The notes under the pieces: generated by a model
Databases searched by the model: none
Seen by the model: the letters and a program-made list of their open reading frames with translations, nothing else
Told to the model about the DNA's origin: nothing
Program-made: the position numbers and the translations under genes
Assembly: GCF_964204645.1 (NCBI RefSeq)
Contig: NW_027437444.1
Location: 53,572-117,571, forward strand
Source of the DNA: Tubulanus polymorphus
Lineage: Eukaryota; Animalia; Nemertea
Reading direction: 5' to 3'
DNA length: 64,000 nt
Part shown: piece by piece, positions 26,136 through 40,330 of the stretch
How the letters are laid out: every line of letters starts with the position of its first letter
How positions within the stretch are numbered: position 1 is the first letter of the stretch

Positions 26136-26959
26136 ATGACGTTTTCTCATCACATTTTCCCCGTATCGGAAAAATGACAAAGTCGATCCGTAAAAGCGTT
26201 CAAATCGTCAGGAAAAGCACATTTCGACCCGAAAACGTCGTTCTCCGCGAGAAAAGACGTTTTCTCATCACATATTACCCCGTAACTGAAAAATGACAAA
26301 GTCGATCCGTAAAAGGGCTCAAATCGTCAGGAAAAGCACATTTCGACCCGAAAACGTCGTTCTCCGCGAGAAAAGACGTTTTCTCATCACATATTACCCC
26401 GTAACTGAAAAATGACAAAGTCGATCCGTAAAAGGGCTCAAATCGTCAGGAAAAGCACATTTCGACCCGAAAACGTCGTTCTCCGCGAGAAAAGACGTTT
26501 TCTCATCACATTTTCCCCGTATCGGAAAAATGACAAAGTCGATCCGTAAAGGAGCTCATATCGTCAGGAAAAGCACATTTCGATCCGAAATCGTCGTTGT
26601 CCGCGAGAAAAGACGTTATCTCGTAACATTTTCCCCGTATCGGAAAAATGACAAAGTCTATCCGTAGAAGCGCTCAAATCGTCAGGAAAAGCACATTTCG
26701 ACCCGAAGACGTCGTTCTCCGCGAGAAAAGACGTTTTCTCATCACATTTTCCCCGTATCGGAAAAATGACAAAGTCGATCCGTAAAAGCGTTCAATTCGT
26801 CAGTAAAAGCACATTTCGACCCGAAAACGTCGTTCTCCGCGAGAAAAGACGTTTTCTCATCATATTTTCCCCCTAACTGAAAAATGACAAAGTCGATCCG
26901 TAGAGGCGCACAAATCGTCAGGAAAAGCACATTTCAACCCGAAAACGTCGTTCTCCGTG

Positions 26960-29900
26960 AGAAATGACGTTTTCTCATCACATTTTCCCCGTATCGGAAA
27001 AATGACAAAGTCGATCCGTAAAAGCGTTCAAATCGTCAGGAAAAGCACATTTCGACCCGAAAACGTCGTTCTCCGCGAGAAAAGACGTTTTCTCTTCACA
27101 TATTACCCCGTAACTGAAAAATGACAAAGTCGATCCGTAAAAGGGCTCAAATCGTCAGGAAAAGCTCATTTCGACCCGAAAACGTCGTTCTCCGCGAGAA
27201 AAGACGTTTTCTCATCACATTTTCCCCGTATCGGAAAAATGACAAAGTCGATCCGTAAAAGCATTCAAATCGTCAGGAAAAGCACATTTCGACCCGAAAA
27301 CGTCGTTCTCCGAGAGAAAAGACGTTTTCTCATCACATTTTCCCCGTAACTGAAAAATGACAAAGTCGATCCGTAAAATCGTTCAAATCGTCAGGGAAAG
27401 CCCATTTCGACCCGAAAACGTCGTTCTGCGCGAGAAAAGACTTTTTCTCATCACATTTTCCCCGTATCGGAAAAATGACAAAGTCGATCCGTAAAAGAGC
27501 TCAAATCGTCAGGAAAAGCACATTTCGACCCGAAAACGTCGTTCTCCGCGAGAAAACACGTTTTCTCAACACATTTTCCCCGTATCGGAAAAATGACGAA
27601 GTCGATCCGTAGAGGCGCACAAATCGTCAGGAAAAGCACATTTCGACCCGAAAACGTCGTTCTCCGCGAGAAATGACGTTTTCTATTCACATTTTCCCCG
27701 TATCGGAAAAATGACAAAGTCGATCCGTAAAAGCGTTCAAATCGTCAGGAAAAGCACATTTCGACCCGAAAACGTCGTTCTCCGCGAGAAAAGACGTTTT
27801 CTCATCACATATTACCCCGTAACTGAAAAATGACAAAGTCGATCCGTAAAAGGGCTCAAATCGCCAGGAAAAGCACATTTCGACCCGAAGACGTCGTTCT
27901 CCGCGAGAAAAGACGTTTTCTCATCACATTTTCCCCGTATCGGAAAAATGACAAAGTCGATCCGTAAAAGCGTTCAATTCGTCAGTAAAAGCACATTTCG
28001 ACCCGAAAACGTCGTTCTCCGCGAGAAAACACGTTTTCTCATCACATTTTCCCCGTATCGGAAAAATGACAAAGTCGATCCGTAAAAGCGTTCAAATCGT
28101 CAAAAAAGCACATTTCGACCCGAAAACGTCGTTCTCCGCGAGAAAAGACGTTTTCTCATCACATATTACCCCGTAGCTAAAAAATGACAAAGTCGATCCG
28201 TAAAAGAGCTCAAATCGTCAGGAAAAGCACATTTCGATCCGAAATCGTCGTTGTCCGCGAGAAAAGACGTTTTCTCGTAACATTTTCCCCGTATCGGAAA
28301 AATGACAAAGACTATCCGTAGAGGCGCACAAATCGTCAGGAAAAGCACATTTCGACCCGAAAACGTCGTTCTCCGCGAGAAAAGACGTTTTCTCATCACA
28401 TATTACCCCGTAACTGAAAAATGACAAAGTCGATCCGTAAAAGGGCTCAAATCGCCAGGAAAAGCACATTTCGACCCGAAGACGTCGTTCTCCGCGAGAA
28501 AAGACGTTTTCTCATCACATTTTCCCCGTATCGGAAAAATGACAAAGTCGATCCGTAAAAGCGTTCAATTCGTCAGTAAAAGCACATTTCGACCCGAAAA
28601 CGTCGTTCTCCGCGAGAAAAGACGTTTTCTCATCACATTTTCCCCGTATCGGAAAAATGACAAAGTCGATCCGTAAAAGCGTTCAAATCGTCAGGAAAAG
28701 CACATTTCGACCCGAAAACGTCGTTCTCCGCGAGAAAAGACGTTTTCTCTTCACATATTACCCCGTAACTGAAAAATGACAAAGTCGATCCGTAAAAGGG
28801 CTAAAATCGTCAGGAAAAGCTCATTTCGACCCGAAAACGTCGTTCTCCGCGAGAAAAGACGTTTTCTCATCACATTTTCCCCGTATCGGAAAAATGACAA
28901 AGTCGATCCGTAAAAGCATTCAAATCGTCAGGAAAAGCACATTTCGACCCGAAAACGTCGTTCTCCGAGAGAAAAGACGTTTTCTCATCACATTTTCCCC
29001 GTAACTGAAAAATGACAAAGTCGATCCGTAAAATCGTTCAAATCGTCAGGGAAAGCCCATTTCGACCCGAAAACGTCGTTCTGCGCGAGAAAAGACTTTT
29101 TCTCATCACATTTTCCCCGTATCGGAAAAATGACAAAGTCGATCCGTAAAAGAGCTCAAATCGTCAGGAAAAGCACATTTCGACCCGAAAACGTCGTTCT
29201 CCGCGAGAAAACACGTTTTCTCAACACATTTTCCCCGTATCGGAAAAATGACGAAGTCGATCCGTAGAGGCGCACAAATCGTCAGGAAAAGCACATTTCG
29301 ACCCGAAAACGTCGTTCTCCGCGAGAAATGACGTTTTCTATTCACATTTTCCCCGTATCGGAAAAATGACAAAGTCGATCCGTAAAAGCGTTCAAATCGT
29401 CAGGAAAAGCACATTTCGACCCGAAAACGTCGTTCTCCGCGAGAAAAGACGTTTTCTCATCACATATTACCCCGTAACTGAAAAATGACAAAGTCGATCC
29501 GTAAAAGGGCTCAAATCGCCAGGAAAAGCACATTTCGACCCGAAGACGTCGTTCTCCGCGAGAAAAGACGTTTTCTCGTAACATTTTCCCCGTATCGGAA
29601 AAATGACAAAGTCGATCCGTAAAAGCGTTCAATTCGTCAGTAAAAGCACATTTCGACCCGAAAACGTCGTTCTCCGCGAGAAAACACGTTTTCTCATCAC
29701 ATTTTCCCCGTATCGGAAAAATGACAAAGTCGATCCGTAAAAGCGTTCAAATCGTCAAAAAAGCACATTTCGACCCGAAAACGTCGTTCTCCGCGAGAAA
29801 AGACGTTTTCTCATCACATATTACCCCGTAGCTAAAAAATGACAAAGTCGATCCGTAAAAGAGCTCAAATCGTCAGGAAAAGCACATTTCGATCCGAAAT

Positions 29901-30400
29901 CGTCGTTGTCCGCGAGAAAAGACGTTTTCTCGTAACATTTTCCCCGTATCGGAAAAATGACAAAGACTATCCGTAGAGGCGCACAAATCGTCAGGAAAAG
30001 CACATTTCGACCCGAAAACGTCGTTCTCCGCGAGAAAAGACGTTTTCTCATCACATATTACCCCGTAACTGAAAAATGACAAAGTCGATCCGTAAAAGGG
30101 CTCAAATCGCCAGGAAAAGCACATTTCGACCCGAAGACGTCGTTCTCCGCGAGAAAAGACGTTTTCTCATCACATTTTCCCCGTATCGGAAAAATGACAA
30201 AGTCGATCCGTAAAAGCGTTCAATTCGTCAGTAAAAGCACATTTCGACCCGAAAACGTCGTTCTCCGCGAGAAAACACGTTTTCTCATCACATTTTCCCC
30301 GTATCGGAAAAATGACAAAGTCGATCCGTAAAAGCGTTCAAATCGTCAAAAAAGCACATTTCGACCCGAAAACGTCGTTCTCCGCGAGAAAAGACGTTTT
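26960..30400 (+). repeat. Tandem duplication of a 1655-bp (14-monomer) HOR
   Basis: ORFs pair at +1655 (27451/29106, 28166/29821). Shared markers AAAGCTCATT, AAAGCCCATT, GTAGCTAAAA, AAAGACTATC. Confidence 0.9.
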
Positions 30401-33400
30401 CTCATCACATATTACCCCGTAACTAAAAAATGACAAAGTCGATCCGTAAAAGAGCTCAAATCGTCAGGAAAAGCACATTTCGACCCGAAAACGTCGGTCT
30501 CCGCGAGAAGAGACGTTTTCTCATCACATTTTCCCGTTTAGGAAAAATGACAAAGTCGATCCGTAAAAGCGTTCAAATCGTCAGGAAAAGCACATTTCGA
30601 CCCGAAAACGTCGTTCTCCGCGAGAAAGGACGTTTTCTCATCACATATTACCCCGTAACTGAAAAATGACAAAGTCGATCCGTAAAAGAGCTCAAACCGT
30701 CAGGAAAGCACATTTCGACCCGAAAACGTCGTTCCCCGCGAGAAAAGACGTTTTCTCATCACATTTTCACGTTTAGGAAAAATGACAAAGTCGATCCGTA
30801 AAAGCGTTCAAATCGTCAGGAAAAGCACATTTCGACCCGAAAACGTCGTTCTCCGCGAGAAAGGACGTTTTCTCATCACATATTACCCCGTAACTGAAAA
30901 ATGACAAAGTCGATCCGTAAAAGAGCTCAAACCGTCAGGAAAGCACATTTCGACCCGAAAACGTCGTTCCCCGCGAGAAAAGACGTTTTCTCATCACATT
31001 TTCCCCGTATCGGAAAAATGACAAAGTCGATCCGTAAAATCGTTAAAATCGTCAGGAAAAGCACATTTCGACCCGAAAACGTCGTTCTCCGAGAGAAAAG
31101 ACGTTTTCTCATCACATTTTCCCCGTAACTGAAAAATGACAAAGTCGATCCGTAAAATAGCTCAAATCGTCAGGAAAAGCACATTTCGATCCGAAATCGT
31201 CGTTGTCCGCGAGAAAAGACGTTTTCTCGTAACATTTTCCCCGTATCGGAAAAATGACAAAGTCGATCCGTAAAAGAGCTCAAATCGTCAGGAAAAGCAC
31301 ATTTCGACCCGAAAACGTCGTTCTCCGCGAGAAAACACGTTTTCTCATCACATTTTCCCCGTATCGGAAAAATGACAAAGTCGATCCGTAAAAGCGTTCA
31401 AATCGTCAGGAAAAGCACATTTCGACCCGAAAACGTCGTTCTCCGAGAGAAAAGACGTTTTCTCATCACATTTTCCCCGTAACTGAAAAATGACAAAGTC
31501 GATCCGTAAAATAGCTCAAATCGTCAGGAAAAGCACATTTCGATCCGAAATCGTCGTTGTCGGCGAGAAAAGACGTTTTCTCGTAACATTTTCCCCGTAT
31601 CGGAAAAATGACAAAGTCTATCCGTAGAAGCGTTCAAATCGTCAGGAAAAGCACATTTCGACCCGAAAACGTCGTTCTCCGCGAGAAAGACGTTTCCTCA
31701 TCACATTTCCGCGTATCGGAATAATGACAAAGTCGATCCGTAAAATCGTTCAAATCGTCAGGGAAAGCACATTTCGACCCGAAAACGTCGTTCTGCGCGA
31801 GAAAAGACTTTTTCTCATCACATTTTCCCCGTATCGGAAAATGACAAAGTCGATCCGTAAAAGAGCTCAAATCGTCAGGAAAAGCACATTTCGATCCGAA
31901 AACGTCGTTCTCCGCGAGAAAACACGTTTTCTCATCACATTTTCCCCGTATCGGAAAAATGACAATGTCGATCCGTAAAAGCGTTCAAATCGTCAGGAAA
32001 AGCACATTTCGACCCGAAAACGTCGTTCTCCTCGATAATAAACGTTTTCTCATCACATTTTCCCCGTAACTGAAAAATGACAAAGTCGATCCGTAAAAGA
32101 GCTCAAATCGTCAGGAAAAGCACATTTCGACCCGAAAACGTCGTTCTCCGCGAGAAAACACGTTTTCTCATCACATTTTCCCCGTAACTGAAAAATGACA
32201 AAGTCGATCCGCAAAATAGCTCAAATCGTCAGGAAAAGCACATTTCGATCCGAAATCGTCGTTGTCCGCGAGAAAAGACGTTTTCTCGTAACATTTTCCC
32301 CGTATCGGAAAAATGACAAAGTCTTTCCGTAAAAGAGCTCAAATCGTCAGGAAAAGCACATTTCGACCCGAAAACGTCGTTCTCCGCGAGAAAAGACGTT
32401 TTTTCATCACATTTACCCGTATCGGAAAAATGACAAAGTCGATCCGTAAAAGCATTCAAATCGTCAGGAAAAGCACATTTCGACCCGAAAACGTCGTTCT
32501 CCGAGAGAAAAGACGTTTCCTCATCACATTTTCCCCGTAACTGAAAAATGACAAAGTCGATCCGTAAAATAGCTCAAATCGTCAGGAAAAGCACATTTCG
32601 ATCCGAAATCGTCGTTGTCCGCGAGAAAAGACGTTTTCTCGTAACATTTTCCCCGTATCGGAAAAATGACAAAGTCTATCCGTAGAAGCGTTCAAATCGT
32701 CAGGAAAAGCACATTTCGACCCGAAAACGTCGTTCTCCGCGAGAAAAGACGTTTTCTCATCACATTTTCCCCGTATCGGAAAAATGACAAAGTCGATCCG
32801 CAAAAGCGTTCAAATCGTCAGGAAGAGCACATTTCGACCCGAAGACGTCGTTCCCCGCGAGAAAAGATGTTTTCTCATCACATATTACCCCGTAACTGAA
32901 AAATGACAAAGTCGATCCGTAAAAGGGCTCAAATCGTCAGGAAAAGCACATTTCGACCCGAAGACGTCGTTCTCGCGAGAAAAGACGTTTCCTCATCACA
33001 TTTTCCCCGTATCGGAAAAATGACAAAGTCGATCCGAAAAAGCGTTCAAATCGTCAGGAAAAGCACATTTCGACCCGAAAACGTCGTTCTCCGTGAGAAA
33101 AGACGTTTTCTCATCACATATTACCCCGTAACTGAAAAATGACAAAGTCGATCCGTAAAAGAGCTCAAATCGTCAGGAAAAGCACATTTCGACCCGAAAA
33201 CGTCGGTCTCCGCGAGAAAAGACGTTTTCTCATCACATTTTCCCCGTATCGGAAAAATGACAAAGTCGATCCGTAAAAGCGTTCAAATCGTCAGGAAAAG
33301 CACATTTCGACCCGAAAACGTCGTTCTCCGAGAGAAAAGACGTTTTCTCATCACATTTTCCCCGTAACTGAAAAATGATAAAGTCGATCCGTAAAATAGC

Positions 33401-33449
33401 TCAAATCGTCAGGAAAAGCACATTTCGATCCGAAATCGTCGTTGTCCGC

Positions 33450-36400
33450 GAGAAAAGACGTTTTCTCGTAACATTTTCCCCGGATCGGAAAAATGACAAA
33501 GTCGATCCGTAAAATCGTTCAAATCGTCAGGGAAAGCACATTTCGACCCGAAAACGTCGTTCTGCGCGAGAAAAGACTTTTTCTCATCACATTTTCCCCG
33601 TATCGGAAAAATGACAAAGTCGATCCGTAAAAGAGCTCAAATCGTCAGGAAAAGCACATTTCGACCCGAAAACGTCGTTCTACGCGAGAAAAGACGTTTT
33701 CTCATCACATTTCCCCGTATCGGAAAAATGACAAAGTCGATCCGTAAAAGCATTCAAATCGTCAGGAAAAGCACATTTCGACCCGAAAACGTCGTTCTCC
33801 GAGAGAAAAGACGTTTTCTCATCACATTTTCCCCGTAACTGAAAAATGACAAAGTCGATCCGTAAAATAGCTCAAATCGTCAGGAAAAGCACATTTCGAT
33901 CCGAAATCGTCGTTGTCCGCGAGAAAAGACGTTTTCTCGTGACATTTTCCCCGTATCGGAAAAATGACAAAGTCTATCCGTAGAAGCGTTCAAATCGTCA
34001 GGAAAAGCACATTTCGACCCGAAAACGTCGTTCTCCGCGAGAAAAGACGTTTCCTCATCACATTTCCCCGTATCGGAAAAATGACAAAGTCGATCCGTAA
34101 AAGGGCTCAAATCGTCAGGAAAAGCACATTTCGACCCTAAAACGTCGTTCTGCGCGAGAAAAGACGTTTTCTCATCACATTTTCCCCGTATCGGAAAAAT
34201 GACAAAGTCGATCCGTAAAAGCGTTCAAATCGTCAGGAAAAGCACATTTCGACCCGAAAACGTCGTTCCCCGCGAGAAAAGACGTTTTCTCATCACATAT
34301 TACCCCGTAACTGAAAAATGACAAAGTCGATCCGTAAAAGGGCTCAAATCGTCAGGAAAAGCACATTTCGACCCGAAAACGTCGTTCTCCGCGAGAAAAG
34401 ACGTTTTCTCATCACATTTTCCCCGTATCGGAAAAATGACAAAGTCGATCCGTAAAAGAGCTCAAATCGTCAGGAAAAGCACATTTCGACCCGAAAACGT
34501 CGTTCTCCGCGAGAAAAGACGTTTTCTCATCACATTTTCCCCGTATCGGAAAAATGACAAAGTCGAACCGTAAAAGCGTTCAAATCGTCAGGAAAAGCAC
34601 ATTTCGACCCGAAAACGTCGTTCTCCGAGATAAAAAACGTTTTCTCATCACATTTTCCCCGTATCGGAAAAATGACAAAGTCGATCCGTAAAAGCGCTCA
34701 AATCGTCAGGAAAAGCACATTTCGACCCGAAAACGTCGTTCTCCGCGAGAAAAGACGTTTCCTCATCACATTTTCCCCGTATCGGAAAAATGACAAAGTC
34801 GATCCGTAAAAGAGCTCAAATCGTCAGGAAAAGCACATTTCGACCCGAAAACGTCGTTCTACGCGAGAAAAGACGTTTTCTCATCACATTTCCCCGTATC
34901 GGAAAAATGACAAAGTCGATCCGTAAAAGCATTCAAATCGTCAAGAAAAGCACATTTCGACCCGAAAACGTCGTTCTCCGAGAGAAAAGACGTTTTCTCA
35001 TCACATTTTCCCCGTAACTGAAAAATGACAAAGTCGATCCGTAAAATAGCTCAAATCGTCAGGAAAAGCACATTTCGACCCGAAATCGTCGTTGTCCGCG
35101 AGAAAAGACGTTTTCTCGTAACATTTTCCCCGTATCGGAAAAATGACAAAGTCTATCCGTAGAAGCGTTCAAATCGTCAGGAAAAGCACATTTCGACCCG
35201 AAAACGTCGTTCTCCGCGAGAAAAGACGTTTCCTCATCACATTTCCCCGTATCGGAAAAATGACAAAGTCGATCCGTAAAAGGGCTCAAATCGTCAGGAA
35301 AAGCACATTTCGACCCTAAAACGTCGTTCTGCGCGAGAAAAGACGTTTTCTCGTAACATTTTCCCCGGATCGGAAAAATGACAAAGTCGATCCGTAAAAT
35401 CGTTCAAATCGTCAGGGAAAGCACATTTCGACCCGAAAACGTCGTTCTGCGCGAGAAAAGACTTTTTCTCATCACATTTTCCCCGTATCGGAAAAATGAC
35501 AAAGTCGATCCGTAAAAGAGCTCAAATCGTCAGGAAAAGCACATTTCGACCCGAAAACGTCGTTCTACGCGAGAAAAGACGTTTTCTCATCACATTTCCC
35601 CGTATCGGAAAAATGACAAAGTCGATCCGTAAAAGCATTCAAATCGTCAGGAAAAGCACATTTCGACCCGAAAACGTCGTTCTCCGAGAGAAAAGACGTT
35701 TTCTCATCACATTTTCCCCGTAACTGAAAAATGACAAAGTCGATCCGTAAAATAGCTCAAATCGTCAGGAAAAGCACATTTCGACCCGAAATCGTCGTTG
35801 TCCGCGAGAAAAGACGTTTTCTCGTAACATTTTCCCCGTATCGGAAAAATGACAAAGTCTATCCGTAGAAGCGTTCAAATCGTCAGGAAAAGCACATTTC
35901 GACCCGAAAACGTCGTTCTCCGCGAGAAAAGACGTTTCCTCATCACATTTCCCCGTATCGGAAAAATGACAAAGTCGATCCGTAAAATCGTTCAAATCGT
36001 CAGGAAAAGCACATTTCGACCCTAAAACGTCGTTCTGCGCGAGAAAAGACGTTTTCTCATCACATTTTCCCCGTATCGGAAAAATGACAAAGTCGATCCG
36101 TAAAAGCGTTCAAATCGTCAGGAAAAGCACATTTCGACCCGAAAACGTCGTTCCCCGCGAGAAAAGACGTTTTCTCATCACATATTACCCCGTAACTGAA
36201 AAATGACAAAGTCGATCCGTAAAAGGGCTCAAATCGTCAGGAAAAGCACATTTCGACCCGAAAACGTCGTTCTCCGCGAGAAAAGACGTTTTCTCATCAC
36301 ATTTTCCCCGTATCGGAAAAATGACAAAGTCGATCCGTAAAAGAGCTCAAATCGTCAGGAAAAGCACATTTCGACCCGAAAACGTCGTTCTCCGCGAGAA

Positions 36401-37200
36401 AAGACGTTTTCTCATCACATTTTCCCCGTATCGGAAAAATGACAAAGTCGAACCGTAAAAGCGTTCAAATCGTCAGGAAAAGCACATTTCGACCCGAAAA
36501 CGTCGTTCTCCGAGATAAAAAACGTTTTCTCATCACATTTTCCCCGTATCGGAAAAATGACAAAGTCGATCCGTAAAAGAGCTCAAATCGTCAGGAAAAG
36601 CACATTTCGAACCGAAAACGTCGTTCTCCGCGAGAAAAGACGTTTCCTCATCACATTTTCCCCGTATCGGAAAAATGACAAAGTCGATCCGTAAAAGAGC
36701 TCAAATCGTCAGGAAAAGCACATTTCGACCCGAAAACGTCGTTCTACGCGAGAAAAGACGTTTTCTCATCACATTTCCCCGTATCGGAAAAATGACAAAG
36801 TCGATCCGTAAAAGCATTCAAATCGTCAAGAAAAGCACATTTCGACCCGAAAACGTCGTTCTCCGCGAGAAAAGACGTTTTCTCATCACATTTTCCCCGT
36901 AACTAAAAAATGACAAAGTCGATCCGTAAAATAGCTAAAATCGTCAGGAAAAGCACATTTCGATCCGAAATCGTCGTTGTCCGCGAGAAAAGACGTTTTC
37001 TCGTAACATTTTCCCCGTATCGGAAAAATGACAAAGTCTATCCGTAGAAGCGTTCAAATCGTCAGGAAAAGCACATTTCGACCCGAAAACGTCGTTCTCC
37101 GCGAGAAAAGACGTTTCCTCATCACATTTCCCCGTATCGGAAAAATGACAAAGTCGATCCGTAAAATCGTTCAAATCGTCAGGAAAAGCACATTTCGACC
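33450..37200 (+). repeat. ~1885-bp (16-monomer) HOR duplication built from 10-mer and 6-mer sub-units
   Basis: ORFs at 33611/34790/35496/36675 (steps 1179, 706, 1179). Markers CCCCGGATC, TTCTACGCG, GACCCTAAAA, GTCGAACCG. Confidence 0.8.
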
Positions 37201-37259
37201 CGAAAACGTCGTTCTGCGCGAGAAAACACGTTTTCTCATCACATTTTCCCCGTATCGGA

Positions 37260-40200
37260 AAAATGACAAAGTCGATCCGTAAAAGCGTTCAAATCGTCAG
37301 GAAAAGCACATTTCGACCCGAAAACGTCGTTCCCCGCGAGAAAAGACGTTTTCTCATCACATATTACCCCTAACTGAAAAATGACAAAGTCGATCCGTAA
37401 AAGGGCTCAAATCGTCAGGAAAAGCACATTTCGACCCGAAAACGTCGTTCTCCGCGAGAAAAGACGTTTTCTCATCACATTTTCCCCGTATCGGAAAAAT
37501 GACAAAGTCGATCCGTAAAAGGGCTCAAATCGTCAGGAAAAGCACATTTCGACCCGAAAACGTCGTTCTCCAGGAGAAAAGACGTTTTCTCATCACATTT
37601 TCCCCGTAACTGAAAAATGACAAAGTCGATCCGTAAAATAGCTCAAATCGTCAGGAAAAGCACATTTCGATCGGAAATCGTCGTTGTCCGCGAGAAAAGA
37701 CGTTTTCTCGTAACATTTTCCCCGTATCGGAAAAATGACAAAGTCTATCCGTAGAAGCGTTCAAATCGTCAGGAAAAGCACATTTCGACCCGAAAACGTC
37801 GTTCTCCGCGAGAAAAGACTTTTTCTCATCACATTTTCCCCGTATCGGAAAAATGACAAAGTCGATCCGTAAAAGAGCTCAAATCGTCAGGAAAAGCACA
37901 TTTCGACCCGAAAACGTCGTTCTCCGCGAGAAAAGACGTTTCCTCATCACATTTCCCCGTATCGGAAAAATGACAATGTCGATCCGTAAAATCGTTCAAA
38001 TCGTCAGGGAAAGCACATTTCGACCCGAAAACGTCGTTCTGCGCGAGAAAAGACTTTTTCTCATCACATTTTCCCCGTATCGGAAAAATGACAAAGTCGA
38101 TCCGTAAAAGAGCTCAAATCGTCAGGAAAAGCACATTTCGACCCGAAAACGTCGTTCTCCGCGAGAAAAGACGTTTTCTCATCACATTTTCCCCGTATCG
38201 GAAAAATGACTAAGTCGAACCGTAAAAGCGTTCAAATCGTCAGGAAAAGCACATTTCGACCCGAAAACGTCGTTCTCCGAGATAAAAAACGTTTTCTCAT
38301 CACATTTTCCCCGTAACTGAAAAATGACAAAGTCGATCCGTAAAAGAGCTCAAATCGTCAGGAAAAGCACATTTCGACCCGAAAACGTCGTTCTCCGCGA
38401 GAAAACACGTTTTCTCATCAAATTTTCCCCGTATCGGAAAAATGACAAAGTCGATCCGTAAAAGCGTTCAAATCGTCAGGAAAAGCACATTTCGACCCGA
38501 AAACGTCGTTCTCCGAGATAAAAAACGTTTTCTCATCACATTTTCCCCGTAACTGAAAAATGACAAAGTCGATCCGTAAAAGAGCTCAAATCGTCAGGAA
38601 AAGCACATTTCGACCCGAAAACGTCGTTCTCCGCGAGAAAAGACGTTTTCTCATCACATTTTCCCCGTAACTGAAAAATGACAAAGTCGATCCGTAAAAT
38701 AGCTCAAATCGTCAGGAAAAGCACATTTCGATCCGAAATCGTCGTTGTCCGCGAGAAAAGACGTTTTCCCGTAACATTTTCCCCGTATCGGAAAAATGAC
38801 AAAGTCGATCCGTAAAAGCGTTCAAATCGTCAGGAAAAGCACATTTCGACCCGAAAACGTCGTTCCCCGCGAGAAAAGACGTTTTCTCATCACATATTAC
38901 CCCGTAACTGAAAAATGACAAAGTCGATCCGTAAAAGGGCTCAAATCGTCAGGAAAAGCACATTTCGACCCGAAAACGTCGTTCTCCGCGAGAAAAAGAC
39001 GTTTTCTCATCACATTTTCCCCGTATCGGAAAAATGACAAAGTCGATCCGTAAAAGGGCTCAAATCGTCAGGAAAAGCACATTTCGACCCGAAAACGTCG
39101 TTCTCCGCGAGAAAAGACGTTTTCTCATCACATTTTCCCCGTAACTGAAAAATGACAAAGTCGATCCGTAAAATAGCTCAAATCGTCAGGAAAAGCACAT
39201 TTCGATCGGAAATCGTCGTTGTCCGCGAGAAAAGACGTTTTCTCGTAACATTTTCCCCGTATCGGAAAAATGACAAAGTCTATCCGTAGAAGCGTTCAAA
39301 TCGTCAGGAAAAGCACATTTCGACCCGAAAACGTCGTTCTCCGCGAGAAAAGACTTTTCTCATCACATTTTCCCCGTATCGGAAAAATGACAAAGTCGAT
39401 CCGTAAAAGAGCTCAAATCGTCAGGAAAAGCACATTTCGACCCGAAAACGTCGTTCTCCGCGAGAAAAGACGTTTCCTCATCACATTTCCCCGTATCGGA
39501 AAAATGACAAAGTCGATCCGTAAAATCGTTCAAATCGTCATGGAAAGCACATTTCGACCCGAAAACGTCGTTCTGCGCGAGAAAAGACTTTTTCTCATCA
39601 CATTTTCCCCGTATCGGAAAAATGACAAAGTCGATCCGTAAAAGAGCTCAAATCGTCAGGAAAAGCACATTTCGACCCGAAAACGTCGTTCTCCGCGAGA
39701 AAAGACGTTTTCTCATCACATTTTCCCCGTATCGGAAAAATGACAAAGTCGAACCGTAAAAGCGTTCAAATCGTCAGGAAAAGCACATTTCGACCCGAAA
39801 ACGTCGTTCTCCGAGATAAAAAATGTTTTCTCATCACATTTTCCCCGTAACTGAAAAATGACAAAGTCGATCCGTAAAAGAGCTCAAATCGTCAGGAAAA
39901 GCACATTTCGACCCGAAAACGTCGTTCTCCGCGAGAAAACACGTTTTCTCATCAAATTTTCCCCGTATCGGAAAAATGACAAAGTCGATCCGTAAAAGCG
40001 TTCAAATCGTCAGGAAAAGCACATTTCGACCCGAAAACGTCGTTCTCCGAGATAAAAAACGTTTTCTCATCACATTTTCCCCGTAACTGAAAAATGACAA
40101 AGTCGATCCGTAAAAGAGCTCAAATCGTCAGGAAAAGCACATTTCGACCCGAAAACGTCGTTCTCCGCGAGAAAAGACGTTTTCTCATCACATTTTCCCC

Positions 40201-40330
40201 GTAACTGAAAAATGACAAAGTCGATCCGTAAAATAGCTCAAATCGTCAGGAAAAGCACATTTCGATCCGAAATCGTCGTTGTCCGCGAGAAAAGACGTTT
40301 TCTCGTAACATTTTCCCCGTATCGGAAAAA
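37260..40330 (+). repeat. Tandem duplication of a ~1535-bp (13-monomer) HOR
   Basis: Markers GATCGGAAAT (~37670/39205) and ATCAAATTTT (~38417/39951) recur at about +1534. Confidence 0.85.
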
